Positions 31,489 through 45,070 of a stretch of 64,000 nucleotides of DNA are shown here, piece after piece. Numbering within the stretch: position 1 is the first letter of the stretch; every line of letters starts with the position of its first letter. The notes under the pieces were generated by a model. That model did not search any database, was not told where the DNA came from, and worked only from the letters and a program-made list of their open reading frames with translations. The position numbers were made by a program, and so were the translations under genes. The stretch is from Candidatus Omnitrophota bacterium (GTDB lineage: Bacteria > Omnitrophota > Omnitrophia > Omnitrophales > Aquincolibacteriaceae): positions 76,023-140,022 of the forward strand of contig DAOSLF010000002.1 in assembly GCA_035368605.1 (NCBI GenBank), written 5' to 3'.

Positions 31489-34400
31489 TATTCCTTCTCC
31501 TTTGAGGCTGTCTCTTCAACGGCTTTCGCCTTCAGGGCTTCCGGATCCGGAAGAACATCGGTCAGGTCTTTTTCGATCTCGATGTTCTGATGGGCCTTGA
31601 AACCGGTGCCCGCGGGGATCAGATGCCCCATGATCACGTTCTCCTTGAGTCCCTGCAGGAAGTCGCGCTTCCCTGCGGACGCGGCTTCCGTGAGAACACG
31701 CGTCGTTTCCTGGAAGCTCGCCGCCGAGATGAAGCTGTCGGTCGTGAGGGACGCCTTCGTGATCCCGAGAAGGATGGGCGTGCCGATGGCCGGCTTCTTG
31801 CCCTTCTTCAGCATCTTGGCGTTCTCTTCCGCGAACTTGAGTTTTTCGACGTGGGAGCCGACGAGGAAATCCGTGTCGCCCGGCTCTTCGATGCGGACCT
31901 TGCGAAGCATCTGCCGGACAATCACCTCGACGTGTTTGTCGTTCAGCTTCACACCCTGTAGACGATAGACTTCCTGCACTTCGCCGACGAGGTAAGCCTG
32001 AAGACTGCGTTCGCCGGAAACCCGGAGAATGTCCTGCGGAACGACCGGACCGTCCACGAGCTGTTGGCCCGCGAGGACCTTGTCACCCTTGTAGACGTTC
32101 AGGTGCTTTCCGTGCGGGATGAGATATTCCTTCGCCATTCCCGATGGACTCTTGACGATAATCTTGCGCTGCCCCTTCACGCTCTCGCCGAATTCGATCA
32201 CGCCGTCGATCTCGGAAATGATGGCGGGATTCTTCGGTTTGCGGGCCTCGAACAGTTCGGCCACGCGCGGAAGACCGCCGGTGATGTCGCGGGTCTTCGC
32301 GATCATACGGGGCGTTTTCGCCAGCAAGGTACCGCCGGTGATTTCCTGACCGTCCTTCACAACGATATGAGCATCGATCGGGATCGGATAGAACGCAAGA
32401 ATCTCGTCGTTCGCGCCGACCACGAGCAACTGCGGGTGGTACTCTTCTTCCTTGTGATCGATGATCACGCGTTCGACCATCCCGGTCGTGGCATCCACTT
32501 CCTCGTTCATCGTGACATCGGCTATGATGTCCTCAAAACGCACGCGACCCGAGACCTCGGTAAGAATCGGAACCTTGTACGGGTCCCACTTCACGAAAAT
32601 CGCGCCCTTTTTGACCATGTCGCCATCCTTATGATAGATGATGGCGCCGATCGGGACGGTATAACGTTCAAGCTCGCGGCCCGTGGGATCATGGATCGAG
32701 AGCTGACCGTTGCGATTGAGCACCACGATCTCGTCCGTCTTTGTGACAACGGTCTTCAGGCTGTGGTACTGCAGGACCCCCTCGTTGCGGGACTTGTAAT
32801 AGGACTGCTCGATGACACGCGACGCCGTACCGCCGATATGGAACGTACGCATCGTCAGCTGGGTTCCGGGCTCACCGATTGACTGCGCCGCAATAATGCC
32901 GGCGGCGGTCCCGATCTCGACAAGTTTACGCGTCGCGAGGTCACGACCGTAGCATTTCGCGCAAATCCCTTTCGGAGCTTCGCAACAGAGCACGGACCGG
33001 ACGCGAATCTTCTCGATCCCGGCCTCATCAATTTTCGTGACGATCGTTTCGTCGATGATCTCGCCCGACCTCACGATAACCTGGTCCGTAATGACATCGA
33101 CAACGTTATCGAGGGCCACGCGGCCAAGGATTCTGTCGGAAAGGGGAACGATGATATCTTCCCCTTCGTAGACCGGCTCCATGATGATGCCCTTCAGCGT
33201 ACCGCAGTCATCCATCGAAACGATCACGTCCTGCGCAACGTCCACAAGACGCCGCGTGAGGTAACCGGAGTCGGCGGTCTTGAGAGCGGTATCAGCCAGA
33301 CCCTTACGGGCGCCGTGGGTCGAGATGAAGTAGTCGAGCACGGTCAACCCTTCACGGAAATTCGCCGTGATCGGGCTTTCAATGATCTCGCCCGACGGCT
33401 TCGCCATAAGACCGCGCATACCGGCAAGCTGACGGATCTGCTGTTTGGATCCGCGGGCGCCGGAATCGGCCATCATAAAGACCGGGTTAAACTGATCGAG
33501 CTCTTCAAACATGATATCCGACACGCGGTCTGTCGCGTGGGTCCAGATATCGATGATCTTGTTCTTGCGCTCACCATCCGTGATGATACCCTGCTTGTAC
33601 TGGCTCTCGATCGACTTCACTTCCTTGCGCGCTTCAACAAGGATATCCTCTTTCTTCTCGGGGATCCGGATGTCATCGATCCCGATCGAGATGCCACCGC
33701 TTGTGGCCGCTTCAAATCCGAGGGACTTCAACCGATCGAGAAGGTCAACCACGACCGCGTGACCGAACTGCGCGTAACAATCCGCGATGATCTTCGAGAG
33801 CTTCCCCTTGCTAACCACCTCATTGACATACCGGAAGCCCTCCGGGAGGGTCTCGTTCAGGATGATCCGGCCCATCGTCGTGTCAACGATCTTGCCGTCC
33901 ACAAGCCGCACCTTGCACTTCGCGTGCTTGTGAATCTGCCCATCCTGATAAGCGAGGAACGCTTCCTGGAAATTGCTGAACACGAGCCCCTCGCCCTTCG
34001 CGCCTTCACGCATCTTGGTGAGGTAGTAGATTCCGAGCACGATATCCTGCGTCGGGGTCATGATCGGGTTGCCGCTCGCGGGAGAGAAGATGTTGTTTGC
34101 CGAAAGCATGAGGATGCGCGCTTCCATGAGCGCTTCCATCGAAAGCGGCACGTGAACGGCCATCTGGTCGCCGTCGAAGTCGGCATTGAACGCCGTACAA
34201 ACGAGCGGGTGGATGCGGATCGCGTTACCCTCGATCAGCATCGGCTCGAACGCCTGGATACCGAGGCGGTGAAGCGTCGGGGCGCGGTTGAGCATGACCG
34301 GATGCTCATGAATGACCTCTTCCAAAATATCCCAGACTTCGGGCTGCACGCGCTCGACCATCTTCTTGGCGGAACGGATCGTGTGCACATGCCCGCGCTC

Positions 34401-35534
34401 CTTGAGCTTGCGAATGATGAACGGTTCGAAAAGCTCGAGGGCCATCTTCTTCGGAAGTCCGCACTGGTGGAGCTTGAGATCGGGACCGATGACAATGACG
34501 GAACGTCCCGAATAATCCACGCGTTTCCCGAGAAGGTTCTGGCGGAAACGGCCCTGCTTGCCCTTGAGCATGTCGCTCAGGGATTTTAGCGGGCGGTTGC
34601 CGGCGCCGAGCACCGGCCGACCATGACGGCCGTTGTCAAAAAGGGCATCCACGGCTTCCTGAAGCATGCGCTTCTCATTACGGATGATGACATCCGGAGC
34701 CTTGAGATCCAGAAGCTTGCGGAGACGGTTGTTGCGATTGATAACGCGGCGGTAAAGGTCGTTCAGATCGCTCGTCGCGAAACGGCCGCCGTCCAGGGCA
34801 ACAAGAGGCCGAAGATCCGGCGGAATGACCGGAATGACTTTCATAATCATCCACTCGGGGCGGTTCCCCGACTTGCGGAATGCCTCGACGATCTTGAGGG
34901 TCTTGACGGACCGCGCACGGGACTGCTTGGACTTGGAGGCCTTGACCTGGCGCTGATATTTTTGCGTAAGCTTATCGAGGTCGATCCCGGACAGGAGCTT
35001 CTGGATGGCTTCGGCGCCCATCATGGCGTCGAACGCGTCGAGCCCGTACTGCTCCTGGGCCTTGTGGTACTCTTCCTCGGTCAGGAGCTGACGCGCCTTG
35101 AGCGGCGTCTGCTTCGGATCGATGACGATGTACTCTTCATAATAGAGGACCTTCTCAAGAGCACGGACGCTCAGGTCGAGGAGGTTCCCGATACGGGACG
35201 GCATGGTTTTGAAAAACCAGATATGAGAGACGGGCGTCACGAGATCGATATGTCCCATGCGCTCGCGACGAACACGCGCCTGCGTAACCTCAACACTACA
35301 ACGGTCGCAAACGATCCCTTTGTGCTTGATACGCTTGTACTTGCCGCAAGCGCACTCATAGTCCTTCGTGGGACCAAAGATCTTTTCGCAGAAAAGTCCG
35401 TCTTTTTCCGGTTTCAGGGTCCGGTAATTGATCGTTTCCGGCTTCCTGACCTCCCCCTTCGACCATTTGCGGATGACTTCGGGAGCGGCGATGCGGATTG
35501 CGACTGAATCGAACATATTGACATTATAGTTCAT
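31488..35534 (-). CDS. rpoC: DNA-directed RNA polymerase subunit beta'
   Basis: 1348 aa ORF with a CxxC...CxxC zinc ribbon near the N-terminus and NADFDGD catalytic motif. Confidence 0.95.
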   Translation of the reverse strand: MNYNVNMFDSVAIRIAAPEVIRKWSKGEVRKPETINYRTLKPEKDGLFCEKIFGPTKDYECACGKYKRIKHKGIVCDRCSVEVTQARVRRERMGHIDLVTPVSHIWFFKTMPSRIGNLLDLSVRALEKVLYYEEYIVIDPKQTPLKARQLLTEEEYHKAQEQYGLDAFDAMMGAEAIQKLLSGIDLDKLTQKYQRQVKASKSKQSRARSVKTLKIVEAFRKSGNRPEWMIMKVIPVIPPDLRPLVALDGGRFATSDLNDLYRRVINRNNRLRKLLDLKAPDVIIRNEKRMLQEAVDALFDNGRHGRPVLGAGNRPLKSLSDMLKGKQGRFRQNLLGKRVDYSGRSVIVIGPDLKLHQCGLPKKMALELFEPFIIRKLKERGHVHTIRSAKKMVERVQPEVWDILEEVIHEHPVMLNRAPTLHRLGIQAFEPMLIEGNAIRIHPLVCTAFNADFDGDQMAVHVPLSMEALMEARILMLSANNIFSPASGNPIMTPTQDIVLGIYYLTKMREGAKGEGLVFSNFQEAFLAYQDGQIHKHAKCKVRLVDGKIVDTTMGRIILNETLPEGFRYVNEVVSKGKLSKIIADCYAQFGHAVVVDLLDRLKSLGFEAATSGGISIGIDDIRIPEKKEDILVEARKEVKSIESQYKQGIITDGERKNKIIDIWTHATDRVSDIMFEELDQFNPVFMMADSGARGSKQQIRQLAGMRGLMAKPSGEIIESPITANFREGLTVLDYFISTHGARKGLADTALKTADSGYLTRRLVDVAQDVIVSMDDCGTLKGIIMEPVYEGEDIIVPLSDRILGRVALDNVVDVITDQVIVRSGEIIDETIVTKIDEAGIEKIRVRSVLCCEAPKGICAKCYGRDLATRKLVEIGTAAGIIAAQSIGEPGTQLTMRTFHIGGTASRVIEQSYYKSRNEGVLQYHSLKTVVTKTDEIVVLNRNGQLSIHDPTGRELERYTVPIGAIIYHKDGDMVKKGAIFVKWDPYKVPILTEVSGRVRFEDIIADVTMNEEVDATTGMVERVIIDHKEEEYHPQLLVVGANDEILAFYPIPIDAHIVVKDGQEITGGTLLAKTPRMIAKTRDITGGLPRVAELFEARKPKNPAIISEIDGVIEFGESVKGQRKIIVKSPSGMAKEYLIPHGKHLNVYKGDKVLAGQQLVDGPVVPQDILRVSGERSLQAYLVGEVQEVYRLQGVKLNDKHVEVIVRQMLRKVRIEEPGDTDFLVGSHVEKLKFAEENAKMLKKGKKPAIGTPILLGITKASLTTDSFISAASFQETTRVLTEAASAGKRDFLQGLKENVIMGHLIPAGTGFKAHQNIEIEKDLTDVLPDPEALKAKAVEETASKEKE

Positions 35535-38500
35535 ACCCTGAGCTTCTCCTTCGCCTCATCATGGGACTCTAACGCGGATTTGGCATCGAGCGTCGGAAGC
35601 TTGGCACCGCTGGCACGTTCCGGAGCGATGTCAAGACCGAGCGCCTGCAGTTCCTTCACGAGAACGTTAAAGGATTCGGGCGTTCCCGCGTGAAGCGCGG
35701 GTTCACCTTTCACGATGGCTTCGTAGACACGCGTGCGACCGACAACATCGTCGGATTTCACGGTCAGGAGTTCCTGGAGCGTGAAAGCCGCGCCGTAGGC
35801 CTCAAGGGCCCACACTTCCATTTCACCGAAACGCTGGCCGCCAAACTGCGCCTTGCCGCCGAGAGGCTGCTGCGTAACGAGCGAGTACGGACCGATCGAA
35901 CGCGCGTGAATCTTGTCATCCGCGAGGTGCGCGAGCTTCAGCATGTAGATATAGCCAACGGTCGTCTTGTTATCGAACGGATCGCCGGTACGACCATCGA
36001 TCAGCGTCACCTTGCCATCATCCGGAAGATTGGCTTCTTTCATCATCGCCTTGACCTCGGCTTCGGTCGCGCCGCTGAAGACGGGCGTTTCCACATGAAG
36101 ACCAAGAGCCTTGGCCGCCCATCCGAGATGGGTTTCGAGAATCTGACCGACGTTCATACGCGACGGAACACCGAGCGGATTCAGGATGATATCGATCGGA
36201 GTCCCGTCCTGGAGAAACGGCATATCTTCTTCCGGAAGGATTTGCGCGATGACACCCTTGTTCCCGTGACGCCCGGCCATTTTGTCGCCGACCGAAATCT
36301 TGCGTTTCGAGCAGACATAAACGACCACTTTCTTGATGACGCCGGGGGGAAGTTCGTCGCCTTTTTTCACGCGATCGATCTCGCGGGTCCGTTCGGCCAC
36401 AAGCTCGTCAATCTCGTCGCCCCAAACACGGGCGATCTTCTTGATGTTCTCTTCGAGGTCCGGATCATCGTCGATACGAAGCGAATCCCAGTCGCAGGTC
36501 TCGAGTTTCTTGAGATCGCCTTTCGAGATCAAGTGCCCGGCCTTGATCAGCACTTCTCCAAGAATATCGTCGAGAAGATCCTCGGAGAGCTTCTTGCCGA
36601 TGACCATGTCGGAAACGCGGTGCAACCGCTCGCGCTTGAGAAGGTCGATGCGGTCGTTGTATCGCTCCTTGATCTCATTGATATCCTTGTTCTCCTGACG
36701 GCGTTCTTCCTTGGTCTTTGCCGCGGATTCCTTGCGGGCGAACACTTTGACGTCGACAACCACCCCTTCGACGCCCGGGGGCACGGTGAGAGAAGCGTCG
36801 CGAACATCTCCGGCCTTTTCACCGAAAATCGCCCGGAGAAGTTTTTCTTCAGGGGAAAGCTCGATCTCCGATTTCGGCGTGATCTTGCCGACAAGCAGAT
36901 CGCCCGGCTTCACTTCCGCACCGATGCAAACAACACCTTCCTTGTCGAGGTCCTTGAGAGACTCTTCGCTGACGTTCGGGATGTCTCGCGTGATCTCTTC
37001 GTTGCCGAGCTTCGTATCGCGGGCTTCGATCTCGAATTCCTCGATGTGCAGCGACGTATAGACATCATCCTTGCAAAGACGCTCGTTGACGATAATCGCG
37101 TCCTCGAAGTTGTAGCCGCGCCACGGCATGAAGGCTACGAGCACGTTTCGCCCGAGCGCGAGATCGCCGCCCTGCGTGCCGGCGCCGTCCGCAATGAGGT
37201 CGCCGCGCTTCACCTTGTCGCCGACTCTGACGAGAGGCCTCTGGTTGATGCAGGTCCCGGCGTTGGAACGCTTGAACTTCTTGAGCTTGTACACGAAATC
37301 ATCGATCACGATCTCTTCCGACGACACGGCCTTGACGGTTCCCTTTGACTTCGCGGCCAACACGGCACCGGAATCGACCGCCACATAACGCTCCATCCCG
37401 GTGCCGACTAACGGCGCTTCGGTGGTAAGGAGCGGGACGGCCTGACGTTGCATATTCGAACCCATAAGAGCGCGGTTCGCGTCATCGTTTTCGAGGAACG
37501 GAATCAGTGCCGCCGCCACAGACACGAGCTGACGGGGCGACACGTCCATATAATCAATCTCTTCCGGCTTCTTTTTTGGAAAATCACCGCGAAAACGGCA
37601 GGAGATCATGTCGCTCTGGAACTTTCCGCTGGAATCCACCGGAGCGTTCGCCTGCGCGATCACGTATTTATCCTCTTCGTCCGCCGTGAGGTAATCGATC
37701 TTTTCTGTGACTCGACCGTTCGTCACCTTACGGTAAGGACTTTCGAGAAGGCCGATACCATTGACGCGCGCGAACGTACTGAGCGACGCAATGAGACCGA
37801 TGTTCGGGCCTTCCGGAGTTTCGATCGGACAAACGCGCCCGTAATGGGACGGGTGGACGTCACGAACCTCAAAGCCGGCGCGCTCGCGGGAAAGACCGCC
37901 CGGGCCGAGGGCCGAGAGGCGGCGTTTGTGCGTGAGTTCCGCCAGCGGGTTTGTCTGGTCCATAAACTGCGACAGCTGGCTGCGGCCGAAGAACTCCTTG
38001 ATCGCGGCCGAAATCAGCTTCGGGTTGATAAGGTTGTGGGGCATCGCGGCGTCAAGATCATAGATCGACATACGCTCCACGCAAGAACGTTTCATGCGGG
38101 CAAGACCGACGCGGAACTGGTTCTGCAGGAGCTCGCCCACCGAGCGCACGCGGCGGTTCCCGAGATGGTCGATATCGTCCTTATGAACATCGCCGGCCCG
38201 GAGCTTGAGGAGCATGCCAACCACACGGATCACGTCCTCACGCTGAAGTGTCGTCTGTTTCATGTTCGGCTCGACGCCGAGTTTTTTGTTGAGCATGAAC
38301 CGCCCGACAACACCCAGATCGTAACGCTGTTGATCGAAGAAAAGTTTCTGGATGAGATCCTTGGCGCTCGCTTCCGTCGGCGGATCGCCGGGACGGATAC
38401 GACGATAGATGGCCATCTGCGCGTCAAGTGAGTTGCGATACGGATCGCGCTCGAGCGTATTGATCAGGCAGAGGTCATCCTGCGTAACGCGCGCGATCGA

Positions 38501-39310
38501 AAAGGACGTGATATTGTTCGCGAGAAGAACGTCGATATTCTCTTTCGTCAGCCTGGAAGCTGCCAGAAGGATCGGCTCTTTGGACTGCGGGTGGAGAATA
38601 TCCTCCGCGAGGAACTCGCCTTCGACTTCCCTGATCCTGGAACGCTCGAAGCCGCGAATCTTTTCGACGGGATAGAGCTCCTGAAAGATGTCGAAGGTCG
38701 ATGAATAACCGAGCGCACGCAAAAGCACCGTCGCGAGAATCTTGCGGCGACGGTCGATGTAGGCATACAGGATGTCATTGACATCGGACTCGAACTCAAG
38801 CCATGCGCCACGATAGGGAATGATCCGGACCGAGTAGATACGCTTGCCGCTCGGATGAACCGCTTCTTCCAGGGAGGCGCCCGGAGAGCGGTGGAGCTGG
38901 CTAACGATCACACGTTCGGCGCCATTGATAATGAAGGTGCCGGTATCGGTCATCAGCGGCAATTCGCCGATATAAACTTCCTGCTCCTTGGCAACACCCT
39001 TCCGGACAAGACGGAGCTTCACCTTCAACGGCGCGGCGTAGGTCATCCCGCGCTTCTGACACTCGGGGATGGAATACTTCGGTTTCCCGAGCGCATACCC
39101 CTCGTACTCAAGACGACAGGTTCCGTCGAAGCTTTCGATCGGGAAACAATCCGCGAACGCCGCCTCGAGCCCCTGGCGCTTGCGGCGCTTGCCCGTACGA
39201 TTCGTTTGCAGGAATTCCTCATAGGACCTGATCTGGATCGCGACCAGGTTCGGAAGTTCCATCGTATCCCGGATCTTGGCGAAGCTCTTCCTCTTGATCA
39301 AAGGCATCAT
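35531..39310 (-). CDS. rpoB: DNA-directed RNA polymerase subunit beta
   Basis: 1259 aa ORF with conserved ...[14 protein letters not shown]... near the C-terminus; ATGA overlap with rpoC. Confidence 0.95.
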   Translation of the reverse strand: MMPLIKRKSFAKIRDTMELPNLVAIQIRSYEEFLQTNRTGKRRKRQGLEAAFADCFPIESFDGTCRLEYEGYALGKPKYSIPECQKRGMTYAAPLKVKLRLVRKGVAKEQEVYIGELPLMTDTGTFIINGAERVIVSQLHRSPGASLEEAVHPSGKRIYSVRIIPYRGAWLEFESDVNDILYAYIDRRRKILATVLLRALGYSSTFDIFQELYPVEKIRGFERSRIREVEGEFLAEDILHPQSKEPILLAASRLTKENIDVLLANNITSFSIARVTQDDLCLINTLERDPYRNSLDAQMAIYRRIRPGDPPTEASAKDLIQKLFFDQQRYDLGVVGRFMLNKKLGVEPNMKQTTLQREDVIRVVGMLLKLRAGDVHKDDIDHLGNRRVRSVGELLQNQFRVGLARMKRSCVERMSIYDLDAAMPHNLINPKLISAAIKEFFGRSQLSQFMDQTNPLAELTHKRRLSALGPGGLSRERAGFEVRDVHPSHYGRVCPIETPEGPNIGLIASLSTFARVNGIGLLESPYRKVTNGRVTEKIDYLTADEEDKYVIAQANAPVDSSGKFQSDMISCRFRGDFPKKKPEEIDYMDVSPRQLVSVAAALIPFLENDDANRALMGSNMQRQAVPLLTTEAPLVGTGMERYVAVDSGAVLAAKSKGTVKAVSSEEIVIDDFVYKLKKFKRSNAGTCINQRPLVRVGDKVKRGDLIADGAGTQGGDLALGRNVLVAFMPWRGYNFEDAIIVNERLCKDDVYTSLHIEEFEIEARDTKLGNEEITRDIPNVSEESLKDLDKEGVVCIGAEVKPGDLLVGKITPKSEIELSPEEKLLRAIFGEKAGDVRDASLTVPPGVEGVVVDVKVFARKESAAKTKEERRQENKDINEIKERYNDRIDLLKRERLHRVSDMVIGKKLSEDLLDDILGEVLIKAGHLISKGDLKKLETCDWDSLRIDDDPDLEENIKKIARVWGDEIDELVAERTREIDRVKKGDELPPGVIKKVVVYVCSKRKISVGDKMAGRHGNKGVIAQILPEEDMPFLQDGTPIDIILNPLGVPSRMNVGQILETHLGWAAKALGLHVETPVFSGATEAEVKAMMKEANLPDDGKVTLIDGRTGDPFDNKTTVGYIYMLKLAHLADDKIHARSIGPYSLVTQQPLGGKAQFGGQRFGEMEVWALEAYGAAFTLQELLTVKSDDVVGRTRVYEAIVKGEPALHAGTPESFNVLVKELQALGLDIAPERASGAKLPTLDAKSALESHDEAKEKLRV

Positions 39311-39357
39311 TAGCTGAATGCCCTCCTTAGAATGATGTGCCTGACACTGGAACGTGC

Positions 39358-39774
39358 TTACTTGATTTCGACCTTGGCGCCCTGGGCTTCGAGAAGCTTC
39401 TTGATCTTGTCAGCTTCTTCTTTCGTGGCACCTTCCTTGATAGTCTTCGGAGCGCCCTCGACGAGGTCCTTGGCTTCTTTCAGGCCGAGGCTCGTCACGG
39501 TGCGGATCTCCTTGATAACATTGATCTTCTTGTCACCGGAGTTCACGAGCACCACCGTGAAAGAGGTCTGCTCTTCCGCGGGGGCAGCGGCACCGCCGGC
39601 GGCGCCCGGCATGGCGACGACACCCATCGGCACAGCGGCTGCGGCGCTAACGCCGAATTTGTCTTCCAGGGCCTTCACGAGATCCGCGAGTTCGAGGACC
39701 GTGAGGGTCTCGATCGAGGTAAGAATACCCTGAAGTTTCTCAGAGATTTGCTTGGTTTCGGTTGCTTCTGTCAT
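39358..39774 (-). CDS. rplL: 50S ribosomal protein L7/L12
   Basis: 138 aa ORF with an Ala/Gly-rich hinge and the C-terminal domain [29 protein letters not shown]. Confidence 0.95.
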   Translation of the reverse strand: MTEATETKQISEKLQGILTSIETLTVLELADLVKALEDKFGVSAAAAVPMGVVAMPGAAGGAAAPAEEQTSFTVVLVNSGDKKINVIKEIRTVTSLGLKEAKDLVEGAPKTIKEGATKEEADKIKKLLEAQGAKVEIK

Positions 39775-39819
39775 GACCTGTTGCCTCCTTGATTGATTTC
39801 CTTTGATAAGGACTGTTGG

Positions 39820-40356
39820 TTATGCGGCGGCTGCCGGAGCCGCTTCTTTCTTTTTCCTGATCTCGGCGATCGTCACCACGAGGTTACGGGTAAGCGCGCC
39901 GAGGACGTTGACAACCCCGGCGATCGGCGACTTCATCCGGACCACAACCTGCGTGAGCAGTTCCTTGCGGCTCGGCAACTTCGCGAGCGCCTTGACGAAA
40001 TCTTCCCCGTGGACCTGACCTTCGAAGATCACGCCCGCGGCCTTCCACTTGTCGTTCGCCTTCGCATAATCCACAATCTTCTTCGAGATATCCTGCGGAT
40101 CTTTCTCGCCAAAAGTAACGATAATGGAGTCCTTGAGGAATTTTTCGGCGCCCTCAAACTTCATTTTCTCGAAAATCTTGCGGGCCATCGCGTGCTTGAT
40201 GACCATCGAGCGACGGGCCACTTTTTCCAGGCTGACGCGAGCGGCGGTAAGGTCGGACACCGACAGGCCCTGGAAGCTCGAGATGAACGTGTACGGACTC
40301 TTCTCGAATTCCTTAACGATCTCGTTGAACATCAATTCTTTTTCGAAGGAAGGCAT
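39820..40356 (-). CDS. rplJ: 50S ribosomal protein L10
   Basis: 178 aa ORF lying between rplA and rplL. Confidence 0.9.
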   Translation of the reverse strand: MPSFEKELMFNEIVKEFEKSPYTFISSFQGLSVSDLTAARVSLEKVARRSMVIKHAMARKIFEKMKFEGAEKFLKDSIIVTFGEKDPQDISKKIVDYAKANDKWKAAGVIFEGQVHGEDFVKALAKLPSRKELLTQVVVRMKSPIAGVVNVLGALTRNLVVTIAEIRKKKEAAPAAAA

Positions 40357-40360
40357 GGAA

Positions 40361-41047
40361 TTACAACGCTCCTGTGTTGAGCTTGAGCCCCGGGCCCTGG
40401 GTCGCGGAGATCGTCACGCTCTTGAGATATTCGCCCTTGCTGATCGGCGGCTTTGAATCACGGACAGCCTTTATCACAGCCCGGGCATTCTCGAGCAACG
40501 CTTCCTCACTGAAAGAAAGCTTCCCGCAAACGGCGTGAAGCCCGGCCGTTTTGTCGCTTTTAAATTCGATGCGTCCGGCCTTAAGCTCCTTGACCGCCTT
40601 GCCGATCTGGGGGGTCACGGTCCCGGTCTTCGGCGTCGGCATCAGACCTTTGGGACCGAGCACGCGGCCGAGCTTCGAAACTTCACGCATCATATCCGGA
40701 TGAGCGACCACGACATCAAAATCGAGGAAACCGTTCTTGACCTTCTCAACAAGCTCGTCACCGCCGACGATGTCGGCTCCTGACGCCTCGGCATCCTTGA
40801 TCGTCTCGCCCTTTGTAAAACAAAGGACGCGCACCGACCGGCCGCTACCGTGCGGAAGGCTGACAGTCCCGCGGACGTTCTCGTCACCCGCTTCCGCCTT
40901 GATGCCCAGCTGAAAATTGAGAGATATTGTTTCGTCCGCTTTGCCCGGTTCGACCTTCTTGAGGATTTTGACCGCTTCGGAAAGCGAGTACGATTTCTCG
41001 GGTTCGACTAACGCTGACCTTTTCTGATACCGTTTGCTACGCTTCAT
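40361..41047 (-). CDS. rplA: 50S ribosomal protein L1
   Basis: 228 aa [34 protein letters not shown]... Confidence 0.95.
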   Translation of the reverse strand: MKRSKRYQKRSALVEPEKSYSLSEAVKILKKVEPGKADETISLNFQLGIKAEAGDENVRGTVSLPHGSGRSVRVLCFTKGETIKDAEASGADIVGGDELVEKVKNGFLDFDVVVAHPDMMREVSKLGRVLGPKGLMPTPKTGTVTPQIGKAVKELKAGRIEFKSDKTAGLHAVCGKLSFSEEALLENARAVIKAVRDSKPPISKGEYLKSVTISATQGPGLKLNTGAL

Positions 41048-41055
41048 AATTCCTC

Positions 41056-41481
41056 TTATTTCACCACTTCGATGCCCATACTTCGGGCCACGCCTTCGAC
41101 GATCTTGACCGCACTTGCGATCTTCGTCGTGTTGAGATCCGGCATTTTCGCCTTAGCAATCTCAACGGCCTGCTCCTTCGTGAGTTTGCCGATAGTCTGG
41201 CGGCCCGGTTCGGAGGAGGCCTTTGCGAGACCGACCGCTTTTTTGATCGCGGCCGATATTGGCGGATTCTTGAGAATGAAGGTGAACGACTTGTCCTTGT
41301 AGACCGTCAGCAGGACCGGAAGCACCGTCCCGGGCCTGTCTTTCGTGCGCTCATTGAACTGCTTGCAGAACTCCATGATATTAACGCCATGCTGGCCGAG
41401 CGCGGGGCCGATTGGCGGAGCGGGATTGGCCTGTCCGCCGGGAATCTGCAACTTGATCTTGACCTGGATTTCCTTCGCCAT
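41056..41481 (-). CDS. rplK: 50S ribosomal protein L11
   Basis: 141 aa [46 protein letters not shown]. Confidence 0.95.
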   Translation of the reverse strand: MAKEIQVKIKLQIPGGQANPAPPIGPALGQHGVNIMEFCKQFNERTKDRPGTVLPVLLTVYKDKSFTFILKNPPISAAIKKAVGLAKASSEPGRQTIGKLTKEQAVEIAKAKMPDLNTTKIASAVKIVEGVARSMGIEVVK

Positions 41482-41485
41482 GTTT

Positions 41486-42019
41486 TTAGACCTTTTCTAC
41501 TTGCCAGTATTCGAGCTCCACGGGGGTCGGACGGCCGAAGATCGTGACCATCACACGCAACTTTCCGCGATCGGGATTGATCTGCTCGATGACACCGTTA
41601 AAATTCGCAAATGAACCTTCCTTGACCCGAACGCTCTCCCCTTCGGAGAACTCGACCTTGGGCTTCGGCTTCGTCATCTTTTCTTCCTGTTCCTGGATGA
41701 TCGCGCCAACTTCCCGGTCAGTCAGCGGAAGCGGCCTCTTGCCGGATCCGACGAATCCCGAGATGCCCGGGGTGTTCTTGACGAGATACCAGCTCTCGTC
41801 GTTGAGTTCCATCTTCACAAGAATATACCCGGGGAAAAACTTGCGTTCGCTGATCCGCTTCTTGCCGGCCTTGACCTCGCTTACCTTTTCGGTGGGGATC
41901 AGTACTTCGTGAATGTAATGCGAAAGACCTTCAGTCTCCGCGCGGCTGATGAGACTCGAGCGCGCTTTGGATTCAATGCCTGTTTGAGTATGAACGACGT
42001 ACCACTTCGCTTCTGCCAT
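41486..42019 (-). CDS. nusG: transcription termination/antitermination factor NusG
   Basis: 177 aa ORF with an NGN domain ([12 protein letters not shown]) and a KOW motif ([21 protein letters not shown]). Confidence 0.9.
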   Translation of the reverse strand: MAEAKWYVVHTQTGIESKARSSLISRAETEGLSHYIHEVLIPTEKVSEVKAGKKRISERKFFPGYILVKMELNDESWYLVKNTPGISGFVGSGKRPLPLTDREVGAIIQEQEEKMTKPKPKVEFSEGESVRVKEGSFANFNGVIEQINPDRGKLRVMVTIFGRPTPVELEYWQVEKV

Positions 42020-42023
42020 GATC

Positions 42024-42209
42024 TCAGCCGATCAGGATCCGGATCAGGTTTGAGATAAGGAAATCACAGAAGGCAATGAAGATTGCGGCGATGAACGTCG
42101 CAAAAATAACGACAACCGTCGCCTGCCAAAGCTCATTCCAGCTCGGCCACGTAACCTTCGCGAGCTCTTCCTTCGTCTGCTGTATAAAATTTCCCGTCTT
42201 CTGAAACAC
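42024..42209 (-). CDS. secE: preprotein translocase subunit SecE
   Basis: 61 aa ORF with a single TM helix (VVVIFATFIAAIFIAFCDFLI); lies upstream of nusG. Confidence 0.8.
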   Translation of the reverse strand: MFQKTGNFIQQTKEELAKVTWPSWNELWQATVVVIFATFIAAIFIAFCDFLISNLIRILIG

Positions 42210-42250
42210 GACCTTTTGAGAATCCTTTTCCTTGTCCGTTTTTCAAAACG

Positions 42251-42324
42251 CAGGCCTGGCAGGACTCGAACCTGCAACATGCGGTTTTGGAGACCGCCGC
42301 TCTACCAATTGGAGCTACAGGCCT
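42251..42324 (-). tRNA. tRNA-Trp (anticodon CCA)
   Basis: Reverse complement AGGCCTGTAGCTCCAATTGGTAGAGCGGCGGTCTCCAAAACCGCATGTTGCAGGTTCGAGTCCTGCCAGGCCTG folds as a cloverleaf: 7-bp acceptor stem, D-arm GCTC/GAGC, anticodon loop CUCCAAA, T-arm GCAGG/CCTGC. The canonical rpmG-tRNATrp-secE context supports the call. Confidence 0.85.
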
Positions 42325-42332
42325 AAATGGCC

Positions 42333-42482
42333 TTACTTTTTCTCCCGAAAAAGAACATGCTTGCGGCAACGCGGACAGTATTTCTTGTACTCGAGTTTGT
42401 CCGGATTCTTCTTCTTGTTCTTCCTCGTCCAATAGGTCTCCTTGCAATCGCAAGTCGACACTAAGGAAATGATCTCCTGCAT
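42333..42482 (-). CDS. rpmG: 50S ribosomal protein L33 (zinc-ribbon type)
   Basis: Hand-translated 49 aa: [49 protein letters not shown]. Not in the ORF track because it is under 60 aa. Confidence 0.8.
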   Translation of the reverse strand: MQEIISLVSTCDCKETYWTRKNKKKNPDKLEYKKYCPRCRKHVLFREKK

Positions 42483-42625
42483 TTTGAGATAAAACCTTTA
42501 TCTTTGCATTTTAAAAACAGTTTAAATACGCTTTCGGCCGTCGGGCTTCTTACGGCGACAATAAACGCCCAATAGCCAGCAGGCTTCGCCTTGAATCGGT
42601 AGTTCTTCGGGAAAAACGCGAGACG

Positions 42626-43825
<1,200 letters not shown>

Positions 43826-43862
43826 GATCCATTCTCCTTGAATTGGTTAACTTTTTCATCTC

Positions 43863-43935
43863 AGCTGGAGACGGGGCTTGAACCCGTGACCTCGTCCTTA
43901 CCAAGGACGTGCTCTACCAACTGAGCTACTCCAGC
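43863..43935 (-). tRNA. tRNA-Thr (anticodon GGT)
   Basis: Reverse complement GCTGGAGTAGCTCAGTTGGTAGAGCACGTCCTTGGTAAGGACGAGGTCACGGGTTCAAGCCCCGTCTCCAGCT folds as a cloverleaf: anticodon loop UUGGUAA, T-loop TTCAAGC. Confidence 0.85.
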
Positions 43936-44091
43936 ACTCCGGCATCACAACGACTTTCGTCGAAAACGATGCCGTGCACTGCAAATCAGATTTAATCAGA
44001 ACACTCGACAAACCCGGGAAGCGAACGTCAAAACAGGCCGAGAGGGAAAAATGCCTCACTCCAAATAAAGACAGTATGCTCCTCTGTGGGA

Positions 44092-44150
44092 ATGCCACAT
44101 TCTATTTAAATCGCAATCAGCGTCAAGTTTTTTTTAAATTATTTTTTGGA
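44092..44150 (-). promoter_or_regulatory. near-consensus sigma70 promoter with an AT-rich UP-like element, reading into tRNA-Thr-tuf-...
   Basis: On the minus strand: TTGACG (reverse complement of 44121-44126), a 16-nt spacer, then TAGAAT (reverse complement of 44099-44104). It is preceded by aaaaaataatttaaaaaaaac. The region is markedly AT-rich against a GC-rich background. Confidence 0.4.
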
Positions 44151-44250
44151 ACGAAACCATGCGCCTGAAACCTCCGGCGCCATCCCAAAGGGAATCAGGC
44201 GGCAAGAGCCCGTTCAATCATTTTAGAATATTGCGGTGAAAAGACCCGGA

Positions 44251-44994
44251 TCAAGAAAAAATACTCTTCAAGGTATTCAGAAAACCGCTTCCGGAACCGG
44301 ACGATTGTTCCTCCCCCGAAAACCCGGAGAGAGCGTTCGCGGAAAAACCATAACCTGACTTTTTTAACGCGAGAGTCACAACGACATAAGCCATGTCTTC
44401 CGGTCCCGCGAGATCATAAAATGTTTGTCCCTGAATGCCGGCTTTAATCCGCTTTTCCTTTTGAATGGTTCCGACCGATTCGACGAATGTGATCGTTCCG
44501 ACGGAGACAATAAATTCATCGATCATCACCCGCGGCGTTTTTGAACCGATCCGTTTCCGGGAGGAACCGCTTCCCGCATCGAGGCGACCGGATGTCTTCT
44601 CCCGCTTGAGCGCCTTCAATTCCATCACGTTAAGCCCCTTCCCGGGGATATGCGTCACCACCAGTTCCCGAAGGCTCAGACCGACGGCTTTCAGACGCAA
44701 GACCCCTTCCGGGATTTTGGTGATGTCCACTGAGACGATCGCAAGCGGTATATCCGCCAAAAGACCCGGGGGATAATGATGTGGGTTCCCCACTTCAAGA
44801 TCACGAACTTCAAAACCGGTGTTCTTCCAATCCATCTTCACCGAACCAATCTCGACAGGCGCCCCGAGCCCCCAGCTCAGACCCGCCTTGAGCCCCTGGC
44901 GCAGGACCCAGGCGTGAAAGATCAGCCCGAGGACCGCAAGGATGATCGCAAGCCGGATCAAATGGAACACCAATTTGATGAATGCGGTGATCAT
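44251..44994 (-). CDS. hypothetical membrane-anchored protein (single N-terminal TM)
   Basis: Start at the internal ATG 44992-44994 (MITAFIKLVFHLIRLAIILAVLGLIFHAW...), preceded by an AAGGGGGA SD. The long track ORF (from 45273) would run into the atp promoter region. Confidence 0.5.
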   Translation of the reverse strand: MITAFIKLVFHLIRLAIILAVLGLIFHAWVLRQGLKAGLSWGLGAPVEIGSVKMDWKNTGFEVRDLEVGNPHHYPPGLLADIPLAIVSVDITKIPEGVLRLKAVGLSLRELVVTHIPGKGLNVMELKALKREKTSGRLDAGSGSSRKRIGSKTPRVMIDEFIVSVGTITFVESVGTIQKEKRIKAGIQGQTFYDLAGPEDMAYVVVTLALKKSGYGFSANALSGFSGEEQSSGSGSGFLNTLKSIFS

Positions 44995-45034
44995 GACTTC
45001 CCCCTTGTTCTGTCTCCTAGTATCGGCATTTCTG

Positions 45035-45062
45035 TTGAAACTTTCAGAAACAATCGGATAAT
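45035..45062 (+). promoter_or_regulatory. putative sigma70-like promoter of the atp operon, abutting the first start codon
   Basis: TTGAAA (45035-45040), a 16-nt spacer, then GATAAT (45057-45062). The ATG of the first ORF is at 45071, so the transcript would be leaderless or have a very short leader. Confidence 0.3.
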
Positions 45063-45070
45063 GAAACGTC

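Noticed and set aside
31590-35507. Multiple long plus-strand ORFs (for example 32064-32882, 33315-34589, 34623-35507) antisense to rpoC
   Set aside because: Shadow ORFs typical of GC-rich DNA. The opposite strand encodes a highly conserved RNAP beta' subunit, and their products are Arg/Asp/His-rich low-complexity strings with no recognisable motifs.
35690-38431. Plus-strand ORFs 35690-37348 and 37448-38431 antisense to rpoB
   Set aside because: Antisense shadow ORFs for the same reason as above.
43898-44168. Two small ORFs (43898-44098 minus, 43974-44168 plus) in the AT-rich island upstream of tRNA-Thr
   Set aside because: AT-rich composition and no SD. The region is better explained as promoter, UP element and leader. 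No additional tRNA cloverleafs were found here. Tyr or Gly tRNAs often accompany tRNA-Thr upstream of tuf, so they were searched for.
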